A DNA stretch of 64,000 bases from Octopus vulgaris (Eukaryota): positions 87,544,001 through 87,608,000 of the forward strand of contig OX597814.1 of NCBI GenBank assembly GCA_951406725.2, written 5' to 3'. A model generated the notes under the pieces. That model searched no databases. It was not told the DNA's origin and worked only from the letters and a program-made list of their open reading frames with translations. Positions within the stretch are counted from its first letter, which is position 1; the number at the start of each line of letters is the position of its first letter. The position numbers and the translations under genes were made by a program. Positions 52,601 to 64,000 of the stretch are shown here, one piece after another.

Positions 52601-55600
52601 CGAGATTTGGGTTCAAATTTACATTTAAATAACAATAGGTTCTCTCGGCCGGGTTGGTGTTATGAACCAAAAACTTTTTTGGCCGGGTTAGTAACGAAAA
52701 GGTTAAGTTCTGATGGGGGTGTAGTGGTCCAAAGATATAATACATTTTAAAGTAATGGACTTTGTAGGATCTTAAATGTTTTCTTAGTGTATTGGTATGT
52801 ATGGGTATATATATATGTGTGTGTGTGTGAGTATTATGAATTGTTGCATTCATTTTAATGGTCTCTCTCACATTTTGGAAACTGTAAAAATTGAAATTTT
52901 ATGCTCAACTTTTCATCCTGGGTTTCAAAAGTAGTTTGTTTCAGTTGATGTTAATTAGTTCTAGGTTGACCTAGATAGAGCAGAACTATAATCAAAGGTG
53001 GAGGCAAGGTTGTGCAATGAAGTTCACTTCCCAACCGCTTGGTTTTGGGTTTTGGTAGACACATTGGGCTGACCAAACCTTTGTGAGTAGATCTGGTAGA
53101 CGGAAGCTGGAAAAAGCCTCTCGTGTTTGTATCTCCACCGCCATCACTTGACAACTAATGCTGGTATATTTATATCCCTGTGACTTAGTGATTCAGCAAA
53201 AGAGATAGAATAAGTCCTGGGGTTGGTTGGTTTGACTAAAAACCCTTTAGGTGGTGCTCCAGCATGGCTGCAGTCAAATGATTGAAACCGGTAACAATAG
53301 AACACTTAAGCATTTAAACCAGCCATATCCAGTCCAAATATTCAACCTGTTTTATGTTCAAACCAGTCAAATATGGTTTCTCATACCTCCTACACTGTCA
53401 TTCTAAAAGAAAAAAAAATCACATCAAAATATTATTGATGCTACAAGATAGTGCAGGATTAAACCAAAACTGAATTTGTCAGTGTAATCTGAATGCTAGA
53501 GGGTTAAATAGTCATCATTTTATGTCCACTTTCCATGCTGACATGAGCTGGGCAAATTGTAATAGTCTGAATCTAAGACAGTAGGATGTGATTTGAGATC
53601 TTCGAGTTTGACCATACATTGTTTTGTTAATGTTGGGGTTTTTGTTTTAAGTAAATATTATCTGCTTGGCAACAAAATTTAATTTCCAATTACAGGATTT
53701 TAGAGTTACTTAAAGCAAAAGATACTGAAAAAGCCGATCATTTTAAATCAAATGCACCAGCTGTTGTCAAACGCATTTTGGGTCGATTTAAAGAACTACG
53801 CTTCTTTGTAGGTAAGTAATTTTTCTTTTTTTAAATGAAAGTTGCTATTTTACTTTTTAGAATCCTTGTATGTTATAGAATATTATCAACTACATGTCAA
53901 CAGGCAGCAAGTTAGCAAACTTTTGGAGCTTTGAAATGAATGCCCTGCAATATTTAATCCTAGCTGTGTTTTGTTGCTGCTGAAGTCAACTTGCTTCTTT
54001 TGGGATCATTAAAAACTTATCAGGTGTGGTGGGTTGGTAGAACTGCTAACATTAGATCTTGTGGTATTTATTCTAGCCCTTAGAACATATGTCAGCTATT
54101 GTACTACCTCAAAAATATTGAGAATCAGGATTGTTATCTTAAAACTGCCTTGGTACTGCTTGTATGTGAGGGGCTCTGCCCCACCCCCACATGTTGTTCC
54201 CTAACACGTCCTTTCCTCTTATCACCTCAGGAGAATAAAGCACATATTACATTCCCACATCAAACCAGTTCCATTTCCCATTGTCTCTACCAATCACCTC
54301 TTTACTGCACCTTCTCTCCATTCCCTGTGCTGTTCTCTAGTAACACCATTCCTATTAGCCTCCAGCCTTAGTGCTCTCACATATCTATTACAACCCCTGC
54401 CCCTCTCCTATATTTCTGTCACTTCGTGTGGCCCACTCGCCCAACCCAAGCCTAATGTCCCTTAAGGACATGTCCTAACACATTTTTGCTATCATCTCCC
54501 AATTGCTCTCTTTTATCTTAGTCTTTCTTTTCCAACTGGGGTATCCTTGTAGTGTTATGAAAATGTCCAAGGTATTGATTTTATAGTTCATAAAATTGCA
54601 AATTTTGTGTCAAGCCACACTGTTAATATTAAATTAACTAAAGCATCTTATTTCTAACACAAATCATGCCTACATTTCCTATGACAATGGTAAATCATGA
54701 AAATTAGTTGCTCTAAATAACTAATAAAAATTGGTTTTTTTTTATACTCAGGAGGTGAGTCTGATGAGATCGGTGCAATTATGATGCTTGATCATCGAGA
54801 TGATGAAACTCCTTTCTTCATAGTTTTTAAAGATGGTCTTGAAGCGATGAAATGTGTAAGTATAGCTGAAACTTCAAACATTAGTACAACACATAACTCT
54901 GTTGAATCATATCTCCATTTCAAATCACAACCTAACAAATCTACTTCTTATTTATTCATCATCTAACTGAATTTTGATAAGTGTAGTCTTAAAATATATG
55001 GGACACCTGTATAAATAATAGTAATTTGCCCTTTTTTATGTTTAAAGTGCCTTTCATTCCTAAGCAAATCCTTTGTGGTTTTTATATCTGGCAATGATAT
55101 CAGTTGTGGATTTAAGTGAATTAAAGATTTGCCTTAATACTTTTTAGTATTTTACAAGAGCATCTGCCCCAATTAATCTCATGCAAGCATGGAAGAGACA
55201 ATATAAGATTCAGTGTAAATCAAAGTAAGGCTAGCAGCAAAGAATGGGGTTTTTTTCCCCTCCCTGGTTTCTGTTGGCCTCTTGACTTGGAAATTTGAGA
55301 TATACACACACACACATCTTTTCAGAGAGGATGTGGGGCATGACAATCTTAACTTCCAAGATGCAACTTTTGGTCATTTTAGTGTTTTCATTTGCAAGAA
55401 CAAGCATGTGTACTAAATAAAACCAGAGGTGAATAGTAGGCATTAATAAACTTAATTATCAATAATAGTAAGGTCTTATTACCAAGATATTATAAGATGT
55501 ATTTTTATATTCTATGGTGATGTAGCTTTTACCTTTTTTTGTGTGTAATATATATTTCGTTTTATGGCATATTCTATACATATTTTTATTGCTGTCTTTT

Positions 55601-55608
55601 TCCAGTGA
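40623..55608 (+). CDS. TPT1: Translationally controlled tumour protein (TCTP), 166 aa; coding exons 40623-40650, 40731-40801, 44134-44312, 53696-53811, 54752-54855, 55606-55608
   Basis: All introns are GT-AG with compatible phases (1,0,2,1,0) and the coding length is 501 nt. Protein: MLIYNDLLTGDELFSDAFPIK..EVEGK..IGANPSAEE..GLDIVLSHRL..YLKDYSKKI..FKELRFFVGGES..TPFFIVFKDGLEAMKC. The stop codon is alone in the last exon. Confidence 0.95.
43912..44042 (+). ncRNA. Candidate intronic H/ACA snoRNA in TCTP intron 2
   Basis: Hairpin, ANANNA box (atagaa 43956-43961), second hairpin, ACA (44037-44039); ~130 nt, ending ~90 nt before the acceptor. Confidence 0.3.
44376..46090 (+). mobile_element. Degenerate RTE LINE in TCTP intron 3 (same family as 35829-38452)
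   Basis: ORF 44433-44864 is nearly identical in protein to the 35896 ORF; frameshifts follow; (GAT)n tail at ~46082-46090. Confidence 0.9.
46159..47621 (-). mobile_element. piggyBac deletion derivative
   Basis: TTAA|CCCTTTCGTTAC...GTAACGAAAGGG|TTAA termini. Minus-strand transposase scraps (K.G.KVW.ICEA..GY..GFSFYTGK; HILFFDRF), with a ~178-bp internal duplication. Confidence 0.88.
48072..51050 (-). mobile_element. Degenerate CR1-type LINE interrupted by a piggyBac element
   Basis: RT fragments at 50156-50769 ([25 protein letters not shown]). The LINE sequence is continuous across the TTAA at 48303/49388. Confidence 0.85.
48307..49387 (-). mobile_element. piggyBac deletion derivative retaining the transposase N-terminus
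   Basis: TTAA TSD and CCCTTTCGTTAC TIRs. ORF 48602-49012 has an acidic N-terminus then DYFFLLF..IITAETNCYA..PTTLNEIKAYFAINIIMGIRKLPRI. Confidence 0.9.
51295..52702 (-). mobile_element. piggyBac deletion derivative (sister copy of 46159-47621)
   Basis: TTAA flanks, same TIRs and same internal sequence. Confidence 0.88.
53010..53300 (+). mobile_element. Degenerate OR-type SINE
   Basis: Similar to 59672-60023. Confidence 0.6.
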
Positions 55609-55749
55609 GGTATTGATTGGCCACATGGCAATGTGAAAAGAAAAATTGAACCAACTTGTATGTTAATCATAGCTGTGTCATTAGTATTCTTTTAAAAGAA
55701 TCTTCTGAAGAGACAGACATGCATATCCTCTACAGTGATTGATATTGGT

Positions 55750-55773
55750 AATAAAATGAAATCAAACTTTATT
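55750..55773. terminator. Back-to-back polyadenylation signals: AATAAA (+, 55750-55755, TCTP) and AATAAA (-, 55768-55773, FUNDC)
   Basis: Seen directly between the two convergent stop codons; further minus-strand AATAAA at 55906-55911 and 55963-55968. Confidence 0.6.
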
Positions 55774-55994
55774 TTTTTAAAAATTTTCTCAGTTGTTAGC
55801 ATTACAACCATTTATAAAGAAAACAAAGCATTTTAATGGAGTGGTCACTTTTTTAATAATTTTGAAAAGAAACATTTTCATTAGAAATGCAGGTCATATT
55901 TACAGTTTATTTTTTTAAAAAAAAGTAAAAAGTTCTCATATTGAATTATATAAGTTGCATGGTTTATTAGAGAAGAAAAGGAATTGTAAAGACA

Positions 55995-58900
55995 TCATGA
56001 TGATAATCCAAGCAGAAAGCCACCAGCAAAACCTGATGCCAGGAAAACATTCTGTGCAAAAAATGTTTTAACCTGAAAATATATGGAGAATGAAAAACAC
56101 TTAAAACTTATAGCATTTAAATTCTGAAGAAAGAAGTCACAGAATCAATGAAATTCAAATAACAAAGCAATAGGAATGTCATCCTTCAGTGTGATTTCAA
56201 AAGAAATTTAACTGCCAGGTGAAATGGATCTGTTGTGGAAAGGACTAAACCTGTTTACTATTTGTTAAAATGTTATTCTCCTGTATAGAGTGGTTTTATT
56301 AAAAAGAATTTTAGGCATAGGCCCCAACCATATGGTTTCAGTGTCACTACATGGCACATGGGGCAAGTGTTCCAGAGTTGACCAAAGCCTTGAACTGTAA
56401 GACAAACTGAAAACAAACACCCATAATCCAAGCTGTGTCCTGCACATCTGCCAGGTTTACAAAAGACTGGAAAAAAGATTTTTAATTTCACGTTGTTTCA
56501 TTACAGGATAGGTGTTACAAAGGTATAACATGTATAAGAAAAAAAATGGAATCTCTTAGGAATTCTTCAAAAATTGATTGGGAGATTTTCTTTTTCCTGC
56601 TTTCTACATTTGTAATTCCTATCTTGTAATGAAAATGTACCAGGTTTTTCCACTCTTTTGCTTTGGTATGTTGTAGATGTTACTGTCATAACAAGTGAGG
56701 GTTGGTAAGATGTTCAAATTACAGAAAAACTGCCTCAATAAACTTAGTCCAACCCATGGAAAATTAGAATTGCATAGAGCAAATGCACTGCACAAGTTGA
56801 AGGACTGCAGGGTATATCTGGTCCAAATATACTTCTTTTATGTTTAAACTAGCCATACCTAGTGTACAATATCATTCCTAAAGTCAAGTCAGATCACTGA
56901 GACTTCAAAGCTACAAGACAATGCATGTGTAATTCTGTGAAAGGGACAGATCCAGGTAGATGTGGAATGAAGTGACAAGACAGATATGATTTGCTGTTTC
57001 ATACATAAAGCTTGTCCTTTCTAGTGCCAATGCCAGTGGCACATAAGAGGCATTCAGCACACTTAAGTGGCTAGCATTAAGAAGGGCATCCAGTCAGAAA
57101 CCATGCCATAGCAACTAGTTGGAATCTAGACATGTGTCAAACTGAATCCATGCTAGCATGAAGAGCAGGCAATAAGTAGTGATGTAAATATATAAGCATT
57201 ACATTTGATAGAGTAATTTGAATGATAAAGTGTTAAAGATATAAATTATTCTTACTGAAGCTGCAACATGGGGATAGGCTTTCTTGGTGTCTCTTTCAAT
57301 AGAATCCTTGGCTGATTGCATGCTCTTTTCAATTTTGGTCCAGTTTACTGTAACATAACCTTGATGCTGGGCTATCTGTAAAATAACAAAGTCAATTTAT
57401 TAGAACGTTATGGTCTCAATTCAGTTATTGGGTTGTTTGGGCCTGACAAACTGCCTCAGATTGATATATAGAAATATGTATTAGGTTGTTTCCCATAAAA
57501 ACTCATAGGAAGATTTGAGCATGAAACTAGATGAACTAGATGTTTTTGCAAAAACATCGATGATTGTTAATTTCTAAGCCATCAGCCTCATTTAATGCAG
57601 TAAATTCACATAATTGGTAGGAGTGTGCATTAACCCCTTTGCCAAAAACTGCCCAAGTGATGTTGAACTTATTTCTAGATCTGATACTTATAAATTTACT
57701 CTTATTTTCCACATCATATGTCTTTGTGGCCCCAAGTTCACTATCAATATATCTTCCTACTTTAATTACACTCATGGAGATGGTTAGTAGAGAGGGAGGA
57801 TGATGTGGACAGCAGAATGAGTGGAAATTGAGGCAAATATGTGGGTGAGCAGTTTTACAGATCAGAAATGAAGCATTGCTGGAGTTGTCTTACCTTCCTA
57901 ACACTATCACAAAGATGTAAATTGGTGAGTCAAAGCAGAGGGGGTACAGGTTTGAGGAAGTAATCCTTCTCACTTGCATCTATATACAATCAACTGCAGT
58001 AATGGTGGGCTATACAGTACATGACAGAAATACTGAAAATATCTGGTGAAGTAGGGCTTTTAAGCTAATCTCACAATTGCTGCAAAGGAAATGCTTTAGA
58101 ACATAACAACTACAGAGGCTTTGAACAGAAAGACAATCATAGTTTTTAGCTAACTGGTTAGGAAAACACTTCAGATTTGTGTCATGTCAGGGTACTACAT
58201 ACATGTTTTCACAGTAGTAATTTATAGAGAAATGTTTCAGTTAAGCCAGCATATTAAGTACCTGTTGCTCTGCTTTTAAGTAGGAAAAAAAAAAAGACAA
58301 TTCTGCTGCCATCAAGGAAATGACATTGTTCAACATGCAGAGGAAGTGGAAATTCTATACAATGAACTCAGACTGGTCTATGAGTGTACTGACAGTGAAT
58401 GAAGACTTTGTGGCAGATTTAAGGGAGTAAGCAATCAGAGTACTGGTAATTCTTTGCAATGCTCTGACGATTATAAAAGTAGCTGGCAGTATCTGTTACC
58501 TAGGCAGCTACTCAGGAGTTCTAAAGCATAGTAATAAGAATAGGGTGGAAAAGTTTAGGGGACTATTACTTTGGCTGGCAATATGGAGATATAAAAAGGT
58601 ATCAAGAGATCCAAGATGAAGGAAATCTTAGAAGAGAAAGTTTAAAAGGCAGAAGTGGTGGAAGTTGATTTCAGGATGCTGAACATCACAAATGAGATGA
58701 CAAAGAAATGCAGCAAATGTTGAGATATTGTGGACTCAACAATAAAGACAGAATCTCCTTTTTCAACCGGGGTAATATTCTCCTAAACTTTTCCACCCTA
58801 ATATGACTACTATGCTTTCAGAACACCCTCCTCCACTGCTACGGAGAAAAAGCTATTAACTACTTCTTCAGAGCAATGCAGCCTGCCTTTGGTTCCACTA

Positions 58901-59362
58901 TACCTGTTGCCCACCCCAAGCAAGCACAGAAGAGCAGACAAAAATTATGATTGAGGAATAATGATTTCTTTTATAGGCAACAGGCCTCGAAGTTTGGTGG
59001 GAATGAATAGGAAATTATATAGTCCTAAGTACATAACTAGTACCTCATTTTACTGACTTTGGAATGATGAAAGGTAAAGTTGCTTAAGTGAGAGTTGATC
59101 CTAAAGAACCGAAACATTTACCTCAATGTTCAACACTAACGATTCTCCCTAATTTAAGGAAGGGTTATTTGATTAAATCGACACCAGTACTTGAGTGGTA
59201 GTATATTTATTGACCCACAGGTGGATGTACAGCAAAGGTGAACTTGATGAGCATAAAAAGAAGTAAAAAAGGAAATTTGATATTACCTGTAAGAGTAAAA
59301 GACTTGTTCCTACAGTTGCTGCAGCAACTTTTCCTACTTTTGCAAAAAGCATTCCTGCACAC
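55995..59362 (-). CDS. FUNDC1: FUN14 domain-containing protein (FUNDC1-like mitophagy receptor), last three exons: 59362-59287, 57375-57256, 56072-55995; 5' exons not found in window
   Basis: Spliced translation: (W)CAGMLFAKVGKVAAATVGTSLLLLQ|IAQHQGYVTVNWTKIEKSMQSAKDSIERDTKKAYPHVAAS|VKTFFAQNVFLASGFAGGFLLGLSS*. Borders are GT-AG and the sequence matches the FUN14 family pattern. Confidence 0.9.
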
Positions 59363-59671
59363 CTATCATATATAAAGGAAAAGAATAACATCATATAGTA
59401 AATTAAATATTTGCACTGCTTTACAATACTGTATCTAACCATAGTGTTTTTTAGTCATCTATTTTCTACTTTACTGAAATACAATACACCAATATTATAC
59501 ACACTTTTGCTTTGCTACAACCTACATTATCATTATTTCTACCATGCTTAATATGCAAAGAGGAAAATTTGAGCCAAGCCAATGATCTCTTATCACTTGT
59601 TACGCTGAAAATAGCAACCAAATTTCTCTTAAATTGTACCCTTGAAAGAGAAAACATTTGAACAATGTGGT

Positions 59672-60023
59672 GAGTGGCTGTGTGTAGCTTGCTTGCCAAC
59701 CACATGGTTCTGGGTTCAGTCCCACTGCATGGTACCTTGGGCAAGTATCTTCTACTATAGCTTCGGGCCGACCAAAGCCTTGCAAGTGCATTTGGTAGAC
59801 AGAAACTGAAAGAAGCCCGTCGTGTGTGTGTTTGTCCCCCACCATTGCTTGACAACCGATGCTGGTGTGTTTATGTCTCCATAACTTAGCAGTTCGGCAA
59901 AAAGAGACCAATAGAATAAGTACTAGGCTTACAAAGAATAAGTCCTGGGGTCAATTTGTTCGACTAAAGGCGGTGCTCCAGCATGGCCACAGTTAAGTGA
60001 CTGAAACAAGTAAAAGAATAATA
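59672..60023 (+). mobile_element. Octopus OR-type tRNA-derived SINE, near full length, in a FUNDC intron
   Basis: A-box tggctgtgtg, B-box gggttcagtccc, CORE-like ccttgggcaagt; tail ggcggtgctccagcatggccacag..ctgaaac. Confidence 0.85.
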
Positions 60024-61687
60024 AGCAATGAAAAAAGAGAACAATTCTTTCAAGATGTTTATGCCTTAGAAACACACCAAAAGGATAATGGATATTATGA
60101 CAACCCAGGCCAAATTTATAATCAAAAATTATAATCACAACACACTTTAGAAACTAATAGAATATACATTGTGTAGCTAATTAAATATAAATTAATCAAA
60201 TGTAAGCTGTGTTTCAGTTCAAGGAATGAACAGATTTTGTATAAAATGTTAATACATCTTTTGTATTAATAAAACTGAGGAAAATAAGAACTAAAAAAAA
60301 AAATTAAAAATTGCTAAAGAATCTTTTAATAATGAGAGAGACTCCTTGGGAAAAGTGTAGTTGAAAGCGAAGCATTGAGAGATTATCCTCAATTCAGTCT
60401 GAATGCTTGCAACATAGCAAACACCCTTTTAGAATGAAAGGGCTAGCTAAGTGCTAGTGTTTAAACCAAATAGCATATTAATGAGAGAGAAAAAAATGAC
60501 ATTGATTTTAACAGGTAGAATATGCAAATGGAATTAGAGTAATGTGTTACAGTCACCTTAAAAAATACAGAACATTAACCCTTCTGTTATCAACCTGCCA
60601 GAGACCACCATTGGTTTTATGATATAGACTTCCTGTCTGAAAGTGATTTAAATTAAAACCTTTCCTCAGAACTTCATGCTAATTTATGTTCCAAACACTA
60701 GTTTAATGACAAAGTCATTTTAGTAAATTCTTCATTATTTTCATTAATTGAAACAAAAGCAATGCATATCATTAGAAATTTGGTAACAAAAGATCCAAGA
60801 TTATTTAGCAAACAGACTAAAATACAGTACCTTTCAAAAGTCTTTGACCACTATAATATATCCTGAGTATGAAATCTGATTGGTAAAATGAAGAAAAAGC
60901 TTTGTATTCACGAAATCTTTTCTTGCTAGTAATGATAGCAATAGCTTAAGTTCGTACACAAGATACAGGTACAAATGGCAATAACCTGAGTACTGTTTGT
61001 TGTTTAAGTAACAGAATTACCAAACAAGCAACACCACAATATTACAAAATGTAAGTGGTCAAGCCTTCATTGTAAAAGTTTTTATTGGACAAGCATGGAT
61101 TTTATATTAGTCTGAGATCTTAAAATATTTTTATGCAAATCAATTACACTCCTCTCATATGAAGCAATAAAGGAGCCTCTACATGTTTGCTTGACCTGCT
61201 ATAGTAGTAGTTACATTTAGCTCAAAAAACACCAAACAGAAAGATTCAAAGGATTATGTAGCTTTAGATATGCTATATCTAAAATATGTAAAATGTTGAC
61301 TTGGTGCTCTATTTTTCTATATTAACCATAGATAATTTCCACTGATAAGCTGTGGTAATTAACTTCCATATTAACATTAATTTTTGAGTTTTCTCAGCAG
61401 TCAGGTGTCATGAAAATATAAAAATAAAAAAGCACTCAGTAAACTGTAAAATGTTTCATTGAGAAGATCCTTTAGTATAATCAAAGACGTAACCTCTCCA
61501 GTGTTAGTTCCATGAAAAATGCATCCATCAGACTGTCGAGTGACTGGAATTCAAAAAAAACAACTGGTTATAGAAGCCAACCAAAGTGAAACACAAGCGA
61601 CCTCTGATCCAACTGTCCTGACTCCAATCATGGCAACATGTTCTAATCACACAAACATGACAAGAAAATATAAAATGGTGTGTGTAT

Positions 61688-61975
61688 ATCTATATATATA
61701 AAACTGAGAATGTGTGTGACTATGCATGCATCACTAAAACTAAAAAACTACCCAACCGATTTCATTCAAATTTTACACAGGCCTTACTTAGGATCATTGC
61801 AGTGTCATGGGCCAAAACAAATTTTCAACTTCTTGCCTAATGTGAGTCCAGAGCAATTTCATATCTCTTACACTATTTCAATATTACATGTCAAAAGTGA
61901 AACAATAACATCTCTATTGTAATGTGAGATACTTTCAGTTTTAATGCTTTCACTATTAATACTGAAACTATTACC
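61688..61975 (+). mobile_element. Possible non-autonomous Helitron 5' fragment
   Basis: Begins tctatatatataaaactgag, a TC-start typical of Helitron 5' ends, followed by ccgatttcattcaaattttacac. Confidence 0.35.
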
Positions 61976-62431
61976 TCACATATATACATGCACACACACA
62001 CATGTATGTATATGTGTATATGCATCTGCACACATGTATGTATAAGTATATATATATATATATGTAAAAGGTTGGTGCTTAATTATTACAGCTTTTTTTC
62101 AATAAATTTTATTCACCAAAAGATTTTAACAAAACACCAAGCAGAAATTGAAGTAGATGGTGAATATGCTCCGGAATAATCATTTAAAGATGTTTTTGTT
62201 AAATGTTATTCTTTTTCTTGAATAAAAATTGTAGAGAAAAAAGCCACAATAATTATGCACCAACCTAATATGTATATATATTTATGTAGATACATATCAA
62301 TGCAAGTATATATATGTATATATATAGATTATATGTATAGATATATATATCTATAGATGTATATGTAAATCTATAGATGTATATGTATCTATATATATAG
62401 AGAGATTTATATGTATATATATATATATATA

Positions 62432-62560
62432 TTGGCATTAGGAAGGGCATCCAGCTGTAGAAACCCTGCCAGATCAGATGGAAGTCTGGTTCGCCAGACC
62501 TCAGTCAAATCGTCCAACCCATGCTAGCATGGAAAACGGACGTTAAATGATGACGATGAT
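62432..62560 (+). mobile_element. RTE 3' tail fragment
   Basis: ggaagggcatccagctgtagaaa..ccatgctagcatggaaaacggacgttaaatgatg. Confidence 0.75.
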
Positions 62561-62753
62561 ACACATACATATGTATATATATGCATATATACATATATAT
62601 TATTTATATTATTATGATTGAATGCTACACACATCCTCTTCCAAGTATATATATATATATATGTGTGTAGATATGTATATATACATATATATATTTCATT
62701 TTTGGATTTGGTTTGCAAGATTCTTTATATGAGTTCGTGTGTTGAAGCATATC

Positions 62754-62950
62754 CTGTTGTGTCTGGAGAGAGTCATTTTCTTTTTGTGCCTTATAACGTA
62801 ACACACTTACTGGTAAAATTTTCATTGCATCTTGCAACCTTAAGACGCAACGAAAATTTTAGGAAAATAAGAAAAAAGTGGAAATTTTACCAGTGAGTGT
62901 GTTACATTATAAGGCACAAAAAGAAAATGACTCTCCCCAGACACAACAGT
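62754..62950. repeat. ~73-bp inverted repeat pair
   Basis: 62754-62826 is the reverse complement of ~62877-62950. Confidence 0.8.
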
Positions 62951-63026
62951 ACATACATATGTATATACACATATGTATATACATATATATATGTATATAT
63001 ACATATATGCATATATATATATATGC

Positions 63027-63368
63027 GAACACCTGTTGAGGCAAGTGAAATCGAAATCAAATCAAATTTGATGACTGGCACCCGTGCCAGCGGAGGACAT
63101 AGAGCGTGATTGTTGCCAAAGCAGCTGACTAACTTCCGTGCCAGTGGCACGTAAAAAGCACCATTCAAGCATGATCATTACCAGCATAGCCTTACTGACA
63201 CTTGTGGCATGTAAAAGCACCCACTACAATCTCAGAGTGGCTGGTGTTAGGAAGGGCATCCAGTTGTAGAAACTCTGCCAGATCAGATTGAAGCCTGGTG
63301 CAGCCATCTGGTTCGCCAGTCCTCAGTCAAATCATCCAACCCATGCTAGCATGAAAAGCAGACGTTAA
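63027..63368 (+). mobile_element. RTE 3' UTR fragment
   Basis: Similar to 45740-46085. Confidence 0.75.
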
Positions 63369-63562
63369 TGCTTTAAGTAACCATGTTGAGGGTTAAGTCT
63401 TGGAGGTAAATTCTTCCATTGATTGTGAGATGATGGCGGTAGATTGGTAGGTATTGATTCCCAAAAATTTAGGTTAGTCTGTAAGTTTTGATGGATCCTT
63501 TGATTTGTATATAGGGTACCTTGGGGATTCCGTCCAGATTTTCTATCGTGGGCTATATTCCA

Positions 63563-64000
63563 CCCACAGATTCTAAACAATACCTATTATTCAACTCATG
63601 CCACCCCAAACATAAACATTACTATACCTTATAATCTAGCGAAAAGAATCTGTACCATAGTTTCAGACACCCAAACATGTGAATGAAGACTCCTTGAACT
63701 CAGGTCAATACTAATCAAAACACATTACCCAATATCATTAATAAATGATGGCATTAAACGAGCTAAAGAAATAAATATATGAACATTAAGAGAAGTCAAC
63801 CGAAATACTACACCAGACTTAAAAATACTCCCATACATCACACATAACCCTAGAAACAATGAAGCCTTCAACATTATCACCCAAAATCTACTCATCCTCA
63901 CAGGAGATAAAACAATGAACAAAATTTTAGGTTCACACAAAATTATCAAAAGCAAAATGTAACTGAAATCATTGAAAAATATATTAACCAGTGCAAGACT
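63563..64000 (+). pseudogene. Penelope/Poseidon-type PLE thumb/linker fragment running off the window end
   Basis: PTDSKQYLLFNSCHPKH..IPYNLAKRICTIVSD..YPISLINDGIKRAK..LPYITHNPRN, with stops. Confidence 0.75.

Noticed and set aside
55040-55445. RNase P/MRP or U17-type RNA in TCTP intron 5
   Set aside because: Conserved CR-I/CR-V or m1/m2 motifs were not found, and part of the region resembles a decayed RTE tail.
59400-64000. Upstream FUNDC exons containing the LIR motif
   Set aside because: No exon with a matching translation and splice sites was found; they probably lie beyond the window.

Overview
Repeat-dense eukaryotic DNA, most likely from an octopod cephalopod, judging by the octopus-type tRNA SINEs, RTE tails and very long (TA)/(TACA) microsatellites. 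It holds two convergent host genes: a complete six-exon TCTP/TPT1 gene (+, 40623-55608, 166 aa) and the last three exons of a FUN14-domain gene (FUNDC1-like, -, 59362-55995). The rest is mostly transposable elements: Academ, mariner-like, Merlin, piggyBac, Helitron remnants, CR1- and RTE-type LINEs, SINEs and at least five Penelope-like elements (PLEs). The most interesting signal is a set of non-canonical hammerhead ribozymes (HHRs) in the PLE pseudo-LTRs. Three diverged Naiad-like subfamilies carry HHRs whose stem II is expanded to an 85-100 nt covarying rod, two with a CCGAAGA core. In one insertion the 5' end of the copied RNA maps to the predicted cleavage site. A second PLE lineage carries a minimal HHR with a compensatory U3-A8 core. 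The long Tyr/Ile-rich ORFs in the track are microsatellite artefacts. All calls were made by eye; no database search or RNA folding was run.
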